From Candidatus Omnitrophota bacterium (GTDB lineage: Bacteria > Omnitrophota > Gorgyraeia > Gygaellales > Profunditerraquicolaceae), in NCBI GenBank assembly GCA_043800555.1, contig JAZDMX010000021.1, forward strand, positions 29,905 through 93,904: DNA of 64,000 bases, in the 5' to 3' direction. How positions within the stretch are numbered: the stretch's first letter is position 1; every line of letters begins with the position of its first letter. Under the pieces are notes generated by a model that was not told where the DNA came from, ran no database searches, and saw nothing but the letters and a program-made list of their open reading frames with translations. A program made the translations under genes and the position numbers. Shown here piece after piece: positions 10,193 through 21,000 of this stretch.

Positions 10193-10471
10193 CTAACCGG
10201 CTAGCTTATCAAATTCATCCACGCTTAGCGCAGGATACCCGGTAAAGCAAATACCGGTCAGTTTAGTCATCGCTATCGACGCTTTCAACAATTCTTTGTT
10301 ACCCGGGAAATCCACTAATAAGGCTATATCGTAATTACCTATAAGGATATACATGAGACTGGCCTTGCCGCCGTTTTTCTTGATGATCTCAACCGCCTTT
10401 TTGGTCCGCCCCGGGCCAATCCCCTTAACAGCTTCGACTGAATACTTGCCCAACATCAGATACTTAGCCAT
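10193..10471 (-). CDS. GYD domain protein
   Basis: 92 aa; MAKYLMLGKYSVEAVKGI...GNYDIALLVDFP matches the GYD family. Confidence 0.6.
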   Translation of the reverse strand: MAKYLMLGKYSVEAVKGIGPGRTKKAVEIIKKNGGKASLMYILIGNYDIALLVDFPGNKELLKASIAMTKLTGICFTGYPALSVDEFDKLAG

Positions 10472-10586
10472 ATCCCCTCCTAGTTTTTAGCCGGCCCAAC
10501 AAGCAGGCTACCCTCTTGGCCCATCCTTCATCTAATCAAAATTATATAACCCCTGCCGGCTCAAAGCAAGGGCTATTCTTCATCCG

Positions 10587-11744
10587 TTACAAAGCAGCCA
10601 TATCCGTGACAAACTTGGCTTTCAGTAAACCCTCATTCCACTCTCCTGCGGGAGTAGAATCCCAGACTATACCGCCTCCTATCCCCATCTCCGCGTTCTC
10701 CCCGTCAATTAAAAGCGTCCGGATAGGAATGTTAAAGAATAAATCTTTATTCGGGCAGATATATCCGATTGCTCCGGTGTAAATTTTTCTCTCCTGCGGC
10801 TCAAGGCCTCTAATAATTTCCATAGCGCGGATTTTCGGGGCCCCGGTAACCGAACCCGAGGGAAATAACGAAGCAAAAAGCTCGCGTATCGGAATGTTTC
10901 TGTCAATTCTTGCGGTTACAGTTGAAGTCATCTGATAAAGCTTCTTATACCCGGTTACTTCAAAAAGCCTGGGCGCCCGGATATTCAAACCTATTCTCCC
11001 CAGGTCATTTCTTAAAAGATCGGCAATCATCACGTTTTCAGCCCTGTTCTTTGTATCGAATTGAAAACGCATGCGGCGGCTAAAATCAGATACCGGGTTA
11101 GCCCCGCGCGGCCAAGTCCCCTTCATAGGCTTGGTTGCAACAAAACAGCCGGTTTTCTTAATGAACATTTCCGGGGATAAAGACAGGATCTGGAAACGAT
11201 CTGTTTCCAGATATGCCGGATACGGCACAGGCTGTTCCCGAAGAAGCCTTCTATATAAAGATAGCGGGTCTCCCTGAAACTTAGACAACAATTTTATACA
11301 GTAGGTGATTTGATAAACATCGCCTTTAGCTATATAGTTACGGATGGTATCTATGTTTTTGGAATAATCCTTCTGCGCAATATTTAACCGGAGATCGCTT
11401 AAGGCGCACTTACGGGTTTTAGTTTTGGTTTCAATGTTCCGGCGCTCTGGCGCCTCATATACGCCCAAATAAATCAGCGGGAAAGCATACTGCTTATCTT
11501 TACATAGAGTTTCTTCGAAGCAATAGCCTGCTTCATATGAAAAGAAACCGGCCACAAAGTAACCTTGCGCAAGCGCATTTTCGATCTCCTCGAAACAAGC
11601 GCCAAATGCCACGGGGTTATCACAGGATATGATTTTTTTTGGTTTTTGGAATAGAAGCGGTTTTTTCTCGAATTGGATTAATACTTTCATGGCCTTTATC
11701 GGCAGGTCTGGATGCCCGGAGGAAAAATGCGGGCTAAAGGTCAT
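10587..11744 (-). CDS. pabB: chorismate-utilising enzyme; aminodeoxychorismate/anthranilate synthase component I-like (short form)
   Basis: C-terminal chorismate-binding domain motifs SGSVTGAPKIRAMEII and GGGIVWDS; 385 aa, without the N-terminal regulatory domain. Confidence 0.65.
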   Translation of the reverse strand: MTFSPHFSSGHPDLPIKAMKVLIQFEKKPLLFQKPKKIISCDNPVAFGACFEEIENALAQGYFVAGFFSYEAGYCFEETLCKDKQYAFPLIYLGVYEAPERRNIETKTKTRKCALSDLRLNIAQKDYSKNIDTIRNYIAKGDVYQITYCIKLLSKFQGDPLSLYRRLLREQPVPYPAYLETDRFQILSLSPEMFIKKTGCFVATKPMKGTWPRGANPVSDFSRRMRFQFDTKNRAENVMIADLLRNDLGRIGLNIRAPRLFEVTGYKKLYQMTSTVTARIDRNIPIRELFASLFPSGSVTGAPKIRAMEIIRGLEPQERKIYTGAIGYICPNKDLFFNIPIRTLLIDGENAEMGIGGGIVWDSTPAGEWNEGLLKAKFVTDMAAL

Positions 11745-11782
11745 GACCGTTAGGTTGAAATTATATCTTCAAATTAAACTAA

Positions 11783-11922
11783 TGTCAAATGACAAAATCC
11801 AAATGACAAATGAAATCCAAAATCCCAATGACAAATACCAAAATTAAAGTTTTATTATTTGAAATTTGACATTTGGATTTATTTTGGATTTTGAGTTTTG
11901 ACATTTGTCATTAAATTTTACT
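11783..11922. repeat. AT-rich imperfect long inverted repeat built from TGTCAAATGACA / CCAAAAT words
   Basis: The left half (tgtcaaatgacaaaatccaaatgacaaatgaaatccaaaatcccaatgacaaatacc) and the right half (ggtttttggatttattttggattttgagttttgacatttgtca) are approximate reverse complements. Lies between the macB stop and the pabB start. Confidence 0.5.
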
Positions 11923-11934
11923 TTTAACTCTAGT

Positions 11935-13908
11935 TTATTCGTAACGGAGGGCTTCAATGGGATCGAGCTTTGCGGCTTTTTGAGCAGGCCAGAGGCCAAA
12001 AATTACTCCTACTACCAAGGAAAATGTCGTGGCTAAAATAACTGAAGACATGGATACTCTTACGGTCCAACCGGAAAAAATAGTTATTAACGCCGAGGCC
12101 CCGCTTCCCAATAAAACCCCGGATACCCCTCCGATAAAAGACATCAATACCGCCTCAATAAGAAACTGCACTTCGATATCCTTATTATTCGCTCCGATTG
12201 CCTTACGCAGGCCGATTTCCCGGGTGCGCTCGGTTACCGAAACCAGCATAATATTCATAATACCTATGCCGCCAACTAAAAGCGAAATAGCGGCAATCGC
12301 TCCCAGTAAAAGCGACATAGTCTCAGTGGTAGACTCCAGCGTTTTTTTAATATCCGACATATTTCGAATGCGGAAGGAATCCTTCTGATCCTGAGTAATC
12401 AAACGGTGTTGTTTTATAACAAGCTTATTGATCGCTTCTTCCGCCGCGTCAATTGCATCAGGGCCGCTTGCCTCGACATATATAGAATCTATATATTGCT
12501 TACCCAACACCCTGTACATAGCGGTAGTTATAGGAATAAGCACGATATCATCCTGATCCTGAGGCCCGCTTGTCCCTTTAGTAGGCAAGATACCAATAAC
12601 TTTAAAATTAATCAGGTTTATTTTTATGGTTTCACCTATGGGGTTAGACTCTCCGAAAAGTTCTTTTATAACCGTAGCCCCAACCAAAGCAACTTTATTC
12701 CTCATTCTTACTTCTTCATCGGTAAAGAACCGGCCAACTGTCGGAACAACCGAACGTAACTGCGCATAGTCAACCCCTACCCCTTCGACCTTAGTATTCC
12801 AGTTACCGCTCCCATAAACTATCTGGCTCCTGGATGATACCGAAGGGCTAACCCTACTTACACATTCGCCAAGTTTCTTGATTTCTTCCACGTCCTGAAG
12901 CGTAAACCGCGTCGTCGTACCGGATTGCAAAGCTACTCCCCCGGATTTGGCAGCTCCGGGGCTGACAATCAGAAGATTAGAACCAAGCGAAGCCAGTTGC
13001 TTTTCAATAGATTCTTTCGCGCCTTGGCCGATTGCCAACATAGCAATAACCGCGGCAACACCGATAAGAATACCCAGAATAGATAAAAACGCGCGCATTT
13101 TATGCGAGAGCATAGCCGAAATAGCCTGCCGCATATAATCCAGGAACTCGATGCCTCCCTTCATTTTCTTACCCGACTCAATTAAAATATTTTTTATCAG
13201 GTTCTCGGGAACTTCGCCCCCCAAAGGCTTTACCTCTTCGGAAATAATCTTATCGGAAATAATCTCGCCGTCGCGCATCTGAATAATTCTTCGGGCTTGC
13301 GAAGCAATTTCGCTTTCATGGGTGACTAAAATAATTGTTTTACCCATCTGGTTTAGTTTTCTTAATATGGCCATTATTTCTTCTTTACTCTTAGAATCAA
13401 GGTTTCCGGTAGGCTCATCAGCGAAGATTATCGGAGGATCATTGACTAAAGAACGGGCGATCGCCACTCTTTGCTGCTGGCCTCCGGACATTTCATTTGG
13501 CCGGTGAAACATCCTCTCAGCTAAACCAACATCCTTAAGCCTTTCCACGGCTATTTGTTTCATATGCCTTTTCCCTGCGTAAATAAGCGGAAGCTCGGCA
13601 TTTCCCAAAGCGCTCATTCTGGGCAAAAGATGAAACTGTTGGAAAACAAAACCTACCATTCCATTTCTGACTAAGGCCAATTCCGAATCATTAAGCCTGG
13701 TTATTTCTTCGCCTCCCAGAAAATACTCTCCGGAATCCGGCCTATCCAATAAGCCCAACACATGCATAAGCGTAGACTTACCCGATCCCGACGCTCCCAT
13801 AATAGCGACAAATTCTCCGGAAGCAATCTTTATGGACACGCCCTTCAAGGCTTCGACCTTAACATCGCCCATCTGATAGGTTTTATATAAATACCTAGTC
13901 TCAATCAT
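11935..13908 (-). CDS. macB: MacB-type ABC transporter (fused ATPase + FtsX-like permease)
   Basis: N-terminal Walker A GASGSGKST, the [15 protein letters not shown] signature and a C-terminal 4-TM FtsX/MacB permease domain; 657 aa. Confidence 0.85.
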   Translation of the reverse strand: MIETRYLYKTYQMGDVKVEALKGVSIKIASGEFVAIMGASGSGKSTLMHVLGLLDRPDSGEYFLGGEEITRLNDSELALVRNGMVGFVFQQFHLLPRMSALGNAELPLIYAGKRHMKQIAVERLKDVGLAERMFHRPNEMSGGQQQRVAIARSLVNDPPIIFADEPTGNLDSKSKEEIMAILRKLNQMGKTIILVTHESEIASQARRIIQMRDGEIISDKIISEEVKPLGGEVPENLIKNILIESGKKMKGGIEFLDYMRQAISAMLSHKMRAFLSILGILIGVAAVIAMLAIGQGAKESIEKQLASLGSNLLIVSPGAAKSGGVALQSGTTTRFTLQDVEEIKKLGECVSRVSPSVSSRSQIVYGSGNWNTKVEGVGVDYAQLRSVVPTVGRFFTDEEVRMRNKVALVGATVIKELFGESNPIGETIKINLINFKVIGILPTKGTSGPQDQDDIVLIPITTAMYRVLGKQYIDSIYVEASGPDAIDAAEEAINKLVIKQHRLITQDQKDSFRIRNMSDIKKTLESTTETMSLLLGAIAAISLLVGGIGIMNIMLVSVTERTREIGLRKAIGANNKDIEVQFLIEAVLMSFIGGVSGVLLGSGASALITIFSGWTVRVSMSSVILATTFSLVVGVIFGLWPAQKAAKLDPIEALRYE

Positions 13909-13909
13909 T

Positions 13910-14896
13910 TTATGGCGGCCCGTCGCTATTTTTCTTGGAACTGGGCATCTTAGGTAAAAACGGATTGCTACCGGAACTGCTCGCTTCAGAGAACACGTAT
14001 TTTTTCGTAGTCACCAAAACTGTATCCGCGCTAGTTACTCCGGAGAGGATCTCATAATTTTTGTCATCGGCAATACCTATCTTTACCACCCGCTTTATTG
14101 GATTCTTGCTATCGGGCTGCTTCAACAAAACATAGCTCTCGCCTTTTTCCTTGCGTACCGCCTCAACAGGCAACAAAAGCGCATTCTCCCGGCTTTCGGC
14201 TTTAAAATCAATTGTAGCGTTCATCCCGGAACGGAAAAACTCCGGGACATCTTTCGGTACTAAATCGACTTTATAAATTGTTACGTTGTTTACTGTTTCG
14301 GACTCATAATATATATGCTCTACAGCCGCGTTAATTTTTTCATTCGGATACGCATCCAAAGTTATGAGCGCCCCTTGATCGAGTTTAATTTTACCAATAT
14401 CGGTTTCATCTACCTGGGCGCGGACAATTAAATGGTCAGATAGCACTATCACCGCGTCAGCCGTGGTAACGGTTTGCCCTGGCTGGGTAGTAGCCACGAT
14501 AACCTCGCCATTAATTGGCGCCAACAATGCAATAGGTTTATAAATTTGTTTCCAATATTTTAAGACATCTTCTCCCTGCCCTTCGGCAGCATCCAGGAGC
14601 GCTGCCCTTTCAGTAGAACTCATCCAAGCCAAGGCTTGGCCAATCTTAACCTCATCTCCCTCATGCACAAGAATACTTTCAATGCGTCCGCCGACCGGAG
14701 GTTTTACTTCCAGACGATTTTTAGGTAACACCGTTCCCGTAGTGGAAATATACGTCTGGATTGTGCCTATGGCCGGCTTAACTTCTTTAACGATTTCGCT
14801 ATCCCGGCTTTTACCTTTTATTTTTACCATGATAAACACGCAGATAACCGACAAAACCAAAATACCAAAGATTATTTTTGATTTATTTTTGCGCAT
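13910..14896 (-). CDS. macA: periplasmic adaptor (membrane fusion protein, MacA/HlyD family)
   Basis: N-terminal membrane anchor with biotinyl-lipoyl-like and beta-barrel MFP domains, adjacent to macB. Confidence 0.7.
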   Translation of the reverse strand: MRKNKSKIIFGILVLSVICVFIMVKIKGKSRDSEIVKEVKPAIGTIQTYISTTGTVLPKNRLEVKPPVGGRIESILVHEGDEVKIGQALAWMSSTERAALLDAAEGQGEDVLKYWKQIYKPIALLAPINGEVIVATTQPGQTVTTADAVIVLSDHLIVRAQVDETDIGKIKLDQGALITLDAYPNEKINAAVEHIYYESETVNNVTIYKVDLVPKDVPEFFRSGMNATIDFKAESRENALLLPVEAVRKEKGESYVLLKQPDSKNPIKRVVKIGIADDKNYEILSGVTSADTVLVTTKKYVFSEASSSGSNPFLPKMPSSKKNSDGPP

Positions 14897-16166
14897 ATTC
14901 CAATGTCTCTCCTTTCGCCTGGATCCATTTCGCCTCGGCTAATAACGCATCAGCCTGGGCATTTAAATAACTGGTCTTGGCCTGCACTAAATTATCCTCG
15001 ATGATCGTCCAGTTATCGTAACTGATAAATCCCGTCGCGTATTCCGCCTCGGCAATCCTGGAGCGCTCTTCAGTAGCAATAAGGGTCTTGTATTGGACAC
15101 CCACCGCTTCGATTGCGTCCTGTAAATTGACCCAGGTTTTTTCCAGGGCCACGACTATTGCGTCCCTGGAGCTTCTGGCGTTTTCCTTTAATTGGTTCAG
15201 CAGGCCCTGGGCCTGCGAGACCTGCGCGAGCCTTAATCCTCCTTCGAATATAGGCATGGATAAGCTAAGCCCCAGGCTCCAGTTGTCCCCTCTAGGGGCC
15301 CAATGCGAGCCTGACTTGTTGGCCCCTGCCGAGCCGGAAAGCGTCGGGGAAAAGTTAGCGTAGGCGGACTTAAGGCTGAATTCCGCCGCGTTTTTCTGCG
15401 CTACGATCTGCAATAAAGAAGGATTGCTGTTTGCCAAAGACTCGATGTCCGGCTCGACTTTAGCCGTGTCTAAAACCTTAAAATCCGCTTTTACCGCCAT
15501 AGGGACAAATGTTTTCCTGCCCATCTCCTTGGTCAACTGCCTCTGGGCAAGCTGGATATCTCTTTTTGCCTGGGCAAGCTGAAAATCAGCCTGGGCTAAA
15601 TTCGCTTCCGCAGTCAATAACGCGCCGCGGTGCTCAAGCCCGGATTCATAACGCAAGGTTATCAATTCCAGGTTACTCTTTCTTATCCTGATGATTTCTT
15701 CGGTCACATGGACTAATTCCTGGGCCGTTAATAAATTAATGAACGCGGTGCGTAAATTTAACCTGACCTGGGTAGAGGTATACTTATAATTCTGCTGGAA
15801 AGCCTTAATGTTTTCTGAAGCGGATTTTACTTCCTGGATAGTTTTGGTGCCGTCAAATATCAACTGGGTGCCGGTTACCCCGTAAGAATAACTGTCCGCT
15901 GTGGATGCGGGAGCGCTCCCGGAAGCTGTCCTTGCGGTTGAAGCGCTAAGGCTGGCGTCTATCTGAGGATAAAGGGCACTTGAGGTAATCTTCTTGGCCG
16001 CTTCGGATTGTTTAACTTCCTCAACCGCCGCGATTAAATCCGGGTGGTTTTGCGCTGACTCTTTGATGCAATCCTGCCAGGAAAGCATCTCTTTAGCAAA
16101 CGCTAAGTTATAAAAAATAAATGAAAAAACTAACGCTATGGAATAAATTTTTATCCGGCTAAGCAT
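14883..16166 (-). CDS. TolC family outer-membrane efflux protein
   Basis: Signal peptide and two TolC-type repeat halves; first gene of the tolC-macA-macB operon. Confidence 0.7.
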   Translation of the reverse strand: MLSRIKIYSIALVFSFIFYNLAFAKEMLSWQDCIKESAQNHPDLIAAVEEVKQSEAAKKITSSALYPQIDASLSASTARTASGSAPASTADSYSYGVTGTQLIFDGTKTIQEVKSASENIKAFQQNYKYTSTQVRLNLRTAFINLLTAQELVHVTEEIIRIRKSNLELITLRYESGLEHRGALLTAEANLAQADFQLAQAKRDIQLAQRQLTKEMGRKTFVPMAVKADFKVLDTAKVEPDIESLANSNPSLLQIVAQKNAAEFSLKSAYANFSPTLSGSAGANKSGSHWAPRGDNWSLGLSLSMPIFEGGLRLAQVSQAQGLLNQLKENARSSRDAIVVALEKTWVNLQDAIEAVGVQYKTLIATEERSRIAEAEYATGFISYDNWTIIEDNLVQAKTSYLNAQADALLAEAKWIQAKGETLEYAQK

Positions 16167-16189
16167 AGTAATAACTTTTAGTATTTTTG

Positions 16190-16435
16190 TTAACTCCTCT
16201 TTTTAAAAAGCTCCCTCTTCATGCTGTTAACGTGCTCCTCAAAAAGCTTGAGAAATTTATTAAACTCCTCTTCCGGGACGATACTGACCATTTTGTCCTG
16301 ATGAGGCGGGCCGGAAATAACTATTACGCTGTCTCCGGGCTTAATCTTCATCGCTTTCCTTGCTTCTGCCGGGATAACAATCTGGCCTTTTGTCCCTACC
16401 GGCACCTTACCAAAAAACTTAGGAGTCTTGTTCAT
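16190..16435 (-). CDS. AbrB/MazE/SpoVT family DNA-binding protein
   Basis: 81 aa; the swapped-hairpin motif KVPVGTKGQIVIPAEARKAMKIKPGDSVIVI. Sits 23 nt upstream of the tolC-macAB operon and is a likely regulator. Confidence 0.55.
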   Translation of the reverse strand: MNKTPKFFGKVPVGTKGQIVIPAEARKAMKIKPGDSVIVISGPPHQDKMVSIVPEEEFNKFLKLFEEHVNSMKRELFKKRS

Positions 16436-16584
16436 TTGTATTGCTCCCCTCTAAAGTAAAACTATTAAAGTATGATTTGTATTACAAGTATTACTATCTA
16501 TACAAAAATACCACAACCTCAAACCTTTGTCAAGGTTAATATACGATTTTTCAAGCGCCTATTTATGACATCGATGCCGGTTGC

Positions 16585-18057
16585 TTATTCCTTCCCGACA
16601 ACGCTAAGGGCCAAAAGAATCTTTTCTTCAAAGGCGTCCCGGCTGCTTAGCCTCTGGCCGGGTGACTCCTCCAAGCCGCCTCCTCCCAGCGCCGCATAAG
16701 CCTGAACCTGGTTAGAGAGTTTGTATAGCTGCATCAAGATGAGTTCTTTTTGCGCCCGATACAGCGATCGCTGCGCGTCAAGAACGCTTAAATAGCTATC
16801 AATCCCATTATCGTAACGCTTCTGTGAAAGGCTATAGACTTTCTGCGCGGAATCAACCATCGACTGTTGCACTGCTATCTGCGCGTCCACCGTGCCTTGG
16901 ATAGCCAGAATATCAGCTACTTCCCTAAAAGCTGCCTGGATAGTTTTCTCATATTTGACCAACGCGATTTTTTGGTCTGCCCGGCTAACTCTATAGGTGG
17001 CCCAGGTCCGCATATCAAAAATAGGCATCGTAATCTGCGGCGAATAAATCCAGGTCCCCCTGCCGGCTGAGAATAAATTGGTAAAAGCGCTGCTAGCCGA
17101 ACCAAGCGCCGTAGTCAAAGAAATACTGGGGAAAAAAGCAGCCCTGGCTGCTCCGATATTTGCATAAGCGCCTTTTAATTCGTGTTCCGCTGCCAAAACA
17201 TCCGGCCGCTTAAGAAGCACCTCTGAAGATAACCCTGGAAAAATATCTTTAAAGAGAGCAACGCTCTCTAAATTATCAGGCAAGAGATTTTTGGCTACCG
17301 GAGCTCCAGCCAGAAGATCCAACGCGTTTACATCCTCGGCTATCCTCTGGGTATAAAGAATCACGTCTCCCTTGGCTGTATCCACCTGGGTTTGCGCGCG
17401 CTGCAAATCTATTTCGCTGACCAAGCTGGCTTTATACCGGCGCAGAACCAAAATGTAAGAATCTTCCTGCGCTTTAAGCGTAGAACGCGCTAAACTAAGA
17501 TCAGTCTGGGCCTTGGCAATAGTCAGGTATGCCCGGGCAACCTCAGAGATAAGCGCGATTTGCGCGCTGCGCCGGGTCTCCTCGGTACTTAAATATTCTT
17601 CTAAGGCTTGTTTGGTCAAACTGCGGATCCGGCCAAAAAAATCAATCTCCCAGGAAGTAATTCCTAAATCAGCGGAATATTGTTCCGGATACCCCGCAAA
17701 ATCTCTAGAATAGCGCTGCTTAGCTAAAGCTCCCGTAGCATCAAGGACAGGAAGTAATTCCGCGCGTTGGACTCCATATAATGCCCGCGCCCTCTCCACA
17801 TTTAAAACAGCCAGCCGCAAATCCCGGTTATTCGCCAGAGCCATCTGAATAACCTGCTGAAGTTTCGGGTCAATAAAAAACTCCCGCCATTTTAATTGAG
17901 TGGCATCTACAACATTGGCTGCCGGTTGCGCTTTCGGATAGGCCTCTCCCTTAGGCCAATCTTTAGAAATAGGAGATCCCGGACGGTCGTATTTCGGAGC
18001 CATAGTGCAGCCATTCAAAAAAATAATTCCTAAAATTATGATAAATATCCTTTTCAT
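16585..18057 (-). CDS. RND efflux outer-membrane lipoprotein, NodT/OprM family
   Basis: Start taken at MKRIFIIILGIIFLNGC (lipobox); TolC-like repeats; last gene of the tetR-acrAB-oprM operon. Confidence 0.75.
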   Translation of the reverse strand: MKRIFIIILGIIFLNGCTMAPKYDRPGSPISKDWPKGEAYPKAQPAANVVDATQLKWREFFIDPKLQQVIQMALANNRDLRLAVLNVERARALYGVQRAELLPVLDATGALAKQRYSRDFAGYPEQYSADLGITSWEIDFFGRIRSLTKQALEEYLSTEETRRSAQIALISEVARAYLTIAKAQTDLSLARSTLKAQEDSYILVLRRYKASLVSEIDLQRAQTQVDTAKGDVILYTQRIAEDVNALDLLAGAPVAKNLLPDNLESVALFKDIFPGLSSEVLLKRPDVLAAEHELKGAYANIGAARAAFFPSISLTTALGSASSAFTNLFSAGRGTWIYSPQITMPIFDMRTWATYRVSRADQKIALVKYEKTIQAAFREVADILAIQGTVDAQIAVQQSMVDSAQKVYSLSQKRYDNGIDSYLSVLDAQRSLYRAQKELILMQLYKLSNQVQAYAALGGGGLEESPGQRLSSRDAFEEKILLALSVVGKE

Positions 18058-18061
18058 ATTA

Positions 18062-21000
18062 TTATTTCTGCAAATCCGTGACATTAGGCCCGGTTACTGC
18101 GGCAGCCTGCGCCTTGAACTTACGGCCGAAAAAGCGGGTTACCATAATGAAAAACAGCGGGATAAAGATAAGATCGATGAAAGTAGCTGAAAGCATACCT
18201 CCGACAACTGCCGTGCCAATGGCATTCTGGGCTCCGGCGCCGGCTCCGGTGGATATTGCCAACGGTAAAACCCCGAAAAAGAAAGCCAATGAAGTCATAA
18301 TAACCGGACGAAAACGCGTTTTTACCGCTCCCAGAATTGCCTCAACTAGTTTTTCTCCATTCTCCAGCCGATGCTGAGCAAATTGAATGATCAAAATGGC
18401 GTTTTTGGTAGAAAGCCCTAAGGTAGTAAGAAATCCAATCTGAAAATAAACATCATTAGGCATACCGCGCATAAAGGTCAAAAGCGTGGCGCCAAAAACA
18501 CCCAGCGGCAACATTAATAAATTAACAATTGGGATACTCCAGCTTTCATATAAAGCCGCCACGCATAGAAAAATTATCAAAATGGAAAAAGCGTAAAGCG
18601 GGCCAGTCTGAGAGCCACTCTGGCGCTCCTGATAAGAAAGGCCATTCCAGTCATAACCAAACTCACGAGGCAATTTCGCAGCTAGCTCTTCCATGGCATT
18701 CATTGCTTCGCCTGAACTTCTGCCTTTAGCAGCTTCGCCCAGAATATTAATGGATGAAAAAGCATTATAACGCTCTAACTTTGGAGAGCCAAAAATCCAA
18801 TGGCCCGAAGCAAAAGAAGAATAAGGCACCATTTTTCCTTTTGAGTTGCGCACATATAAATTCTTGAGATCCTCAGGCAACATGCGGTATGGCGCGTCAG
18901 CCTGAATGTCCACGTGTTTGATCCTGCCGTCTTTGACAAAATCATTAACATAGCTTGAGCCAAAAGCAGTAGATATCGTGTTTTGGATTGAAGCGATCGA
19001 AACCCCCAAGCTTCCGGCTTTTTCCCAATCCAGATCGATCTTATATTGCGCCACATCCTCTAAGCCATTGGCCCGCACGCGGGTCAGACGCGGGTCTTTA
19101 TGAGCCATCTCCAAAAGCTTGCTGCGCGCTTCCATTAATTTTTCATGCCCGGCTCCGCCGCGATCCTGCAGCTGAAAATCAAACCCCTTAGCAGTCCCCA
19201 ACTCAATGATAGGCGGTGGAGAAAATACATAAACCAACGCCTCATTATAGATAGCAAATTCTTTCATTGCCCGGTCTTCTATAGCATCCGACTTTAAGCT
19301 AGCTTTCTTGCGTAAATCCCAATCTTTTAACTTAATAAAAGCCATACCGGTATTTTGCCCGTGTCCTGATTGGTTCATACCGGAAATCGTTAAAATGGAT
19401 TCAATCGCATCTTTTTCTTTATCCACAAAATACTGCCTGACCTTATCCAGTACTCTTTCAGACTGCTCAAGGGTAGCGCCTGAAGGTAAATTAACCATAA
19501 TAATCAAAACTCCCTGATCCTCATCCGGCAGATAACCCGTTGGCATCCGGGAAAACACGAACAACATTGCCCCTACAATCAGAAGATAAGCAATTATATA
19601 ACGAATGTTCTTATTAAAAGAATGTCCTACTAATTGTACGTACTTATCACGGATCCAAAAGAAAATTTGGTCGAACTTGCGGAAAAAAGGACGCAAAAGC
19701 CAAAACCCGCTCTCTGCCGGCTGATGCCCTTTAGGCACAGGCCTCAAAATCGAAGCGCAAAGAACCGGCGTTAAAATCAAAGCTACTACGACTGAAAGCA
19801 ACATAGAAGCGATAACTGTTACGGAGAACTGCCGGTAAATAACACCGGTGGATCCGGTAAAAAATGCCATCGGCCCGAATACCGCTGAGAGTACCAAACC
19901 TATACCGATAAGCGCGGGAGTGATCTGTTCCATGGATTTTGCCGCGGCATCCCGGGGCGAAAGCCCCTCCTCACTCATCAGGCGCTCCACATTTTCAACT
20001 ACGACAATAGCGTCATCTACCAATAAACCAATAGCTAAAACCATGGCAAACATAGTAAGCATATTGATTGAATAGCCGAAGAGGCTCAACGTCGCGCAAG
20101 TCCCCAGTAAGACTACCGGAACCGCGATCGTCGGAATGAGCGTTGCCCGGATATTGCCCATAAACAAATACATAACTAAGAAAACCAGGAATATAGCTTC
20201 GCACAGAGTCTTAAATACTTCGTGAATAGCTACCCGGGTAAACGGCGTTGTATCATAAGGATAAACTACTTTCATCCCTTGAGGAAAATAACGGCTCAAC
20301 TCTTCCATCTTAGCCTTGATCCCATCGACAGTCTTTAGGGCGTTGGCTCCGGGTTCTTGCCTGATAGCGATAGCTGCCGACGGTTGGCCTTTATTAAAGT
20401 AAACCTTCGTATCCGACTGATCGCTGCCCAACTCTACATACCCAACATCTTTAATACGGATAGTTGAACCATCAGAATTAATACGGACCGGGATATTCGA
20501 GAACTCCTCGGGAGTTTTAAGCAGGCTCTGAATAATAATTGAAGCATTCAGGCGCTGTCCTTTAACAGCCGGGGCGCCTCCAAATTGCCCGCCGGAAACT
20601 TCAACATTATAATCTTGCAAAGCTCCAATCACATCCCCTATTGTTAATCCATAACTAGTAAGTTTTTTAGGATCAAACCAGATACGCATGGCATATTCAT
20701 TGCCAAACGCTTCTGCTTCGCCAACTCCGGAAACGCGCGCAAGAACCGGTTGGATAACACTAAGCATATAATCGCGTAAATCAATATCGGTCATGCTGCC
20801 GTCTTCAGAAACCAGGCCCACAATCAAAAGATAATTATGGGTGGATTTTTGCACTGAAACTCCCCTGCGCTGCACTGTATCAGGAAGCCTGGGCATTGCC
20901 AGCTGAAGTTTATTTTGCACCTTGGTCCAGGCAATATCCGGATCAGTTCCAGGAGAAAAAGTCAATTCAATAGTAGAAGACCCGGAAGCGTCGCTTGAAC

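Noticed and set aside
11750-11930. CRISPR-like appearance of the reiterated caaatgacaaa words
   Set aside because: The units are about 8-12 bp, irregularly spaced and mutually inverted. There are no 25-40 bp repeats with unique spacers and no cas genes anywhere in the window.
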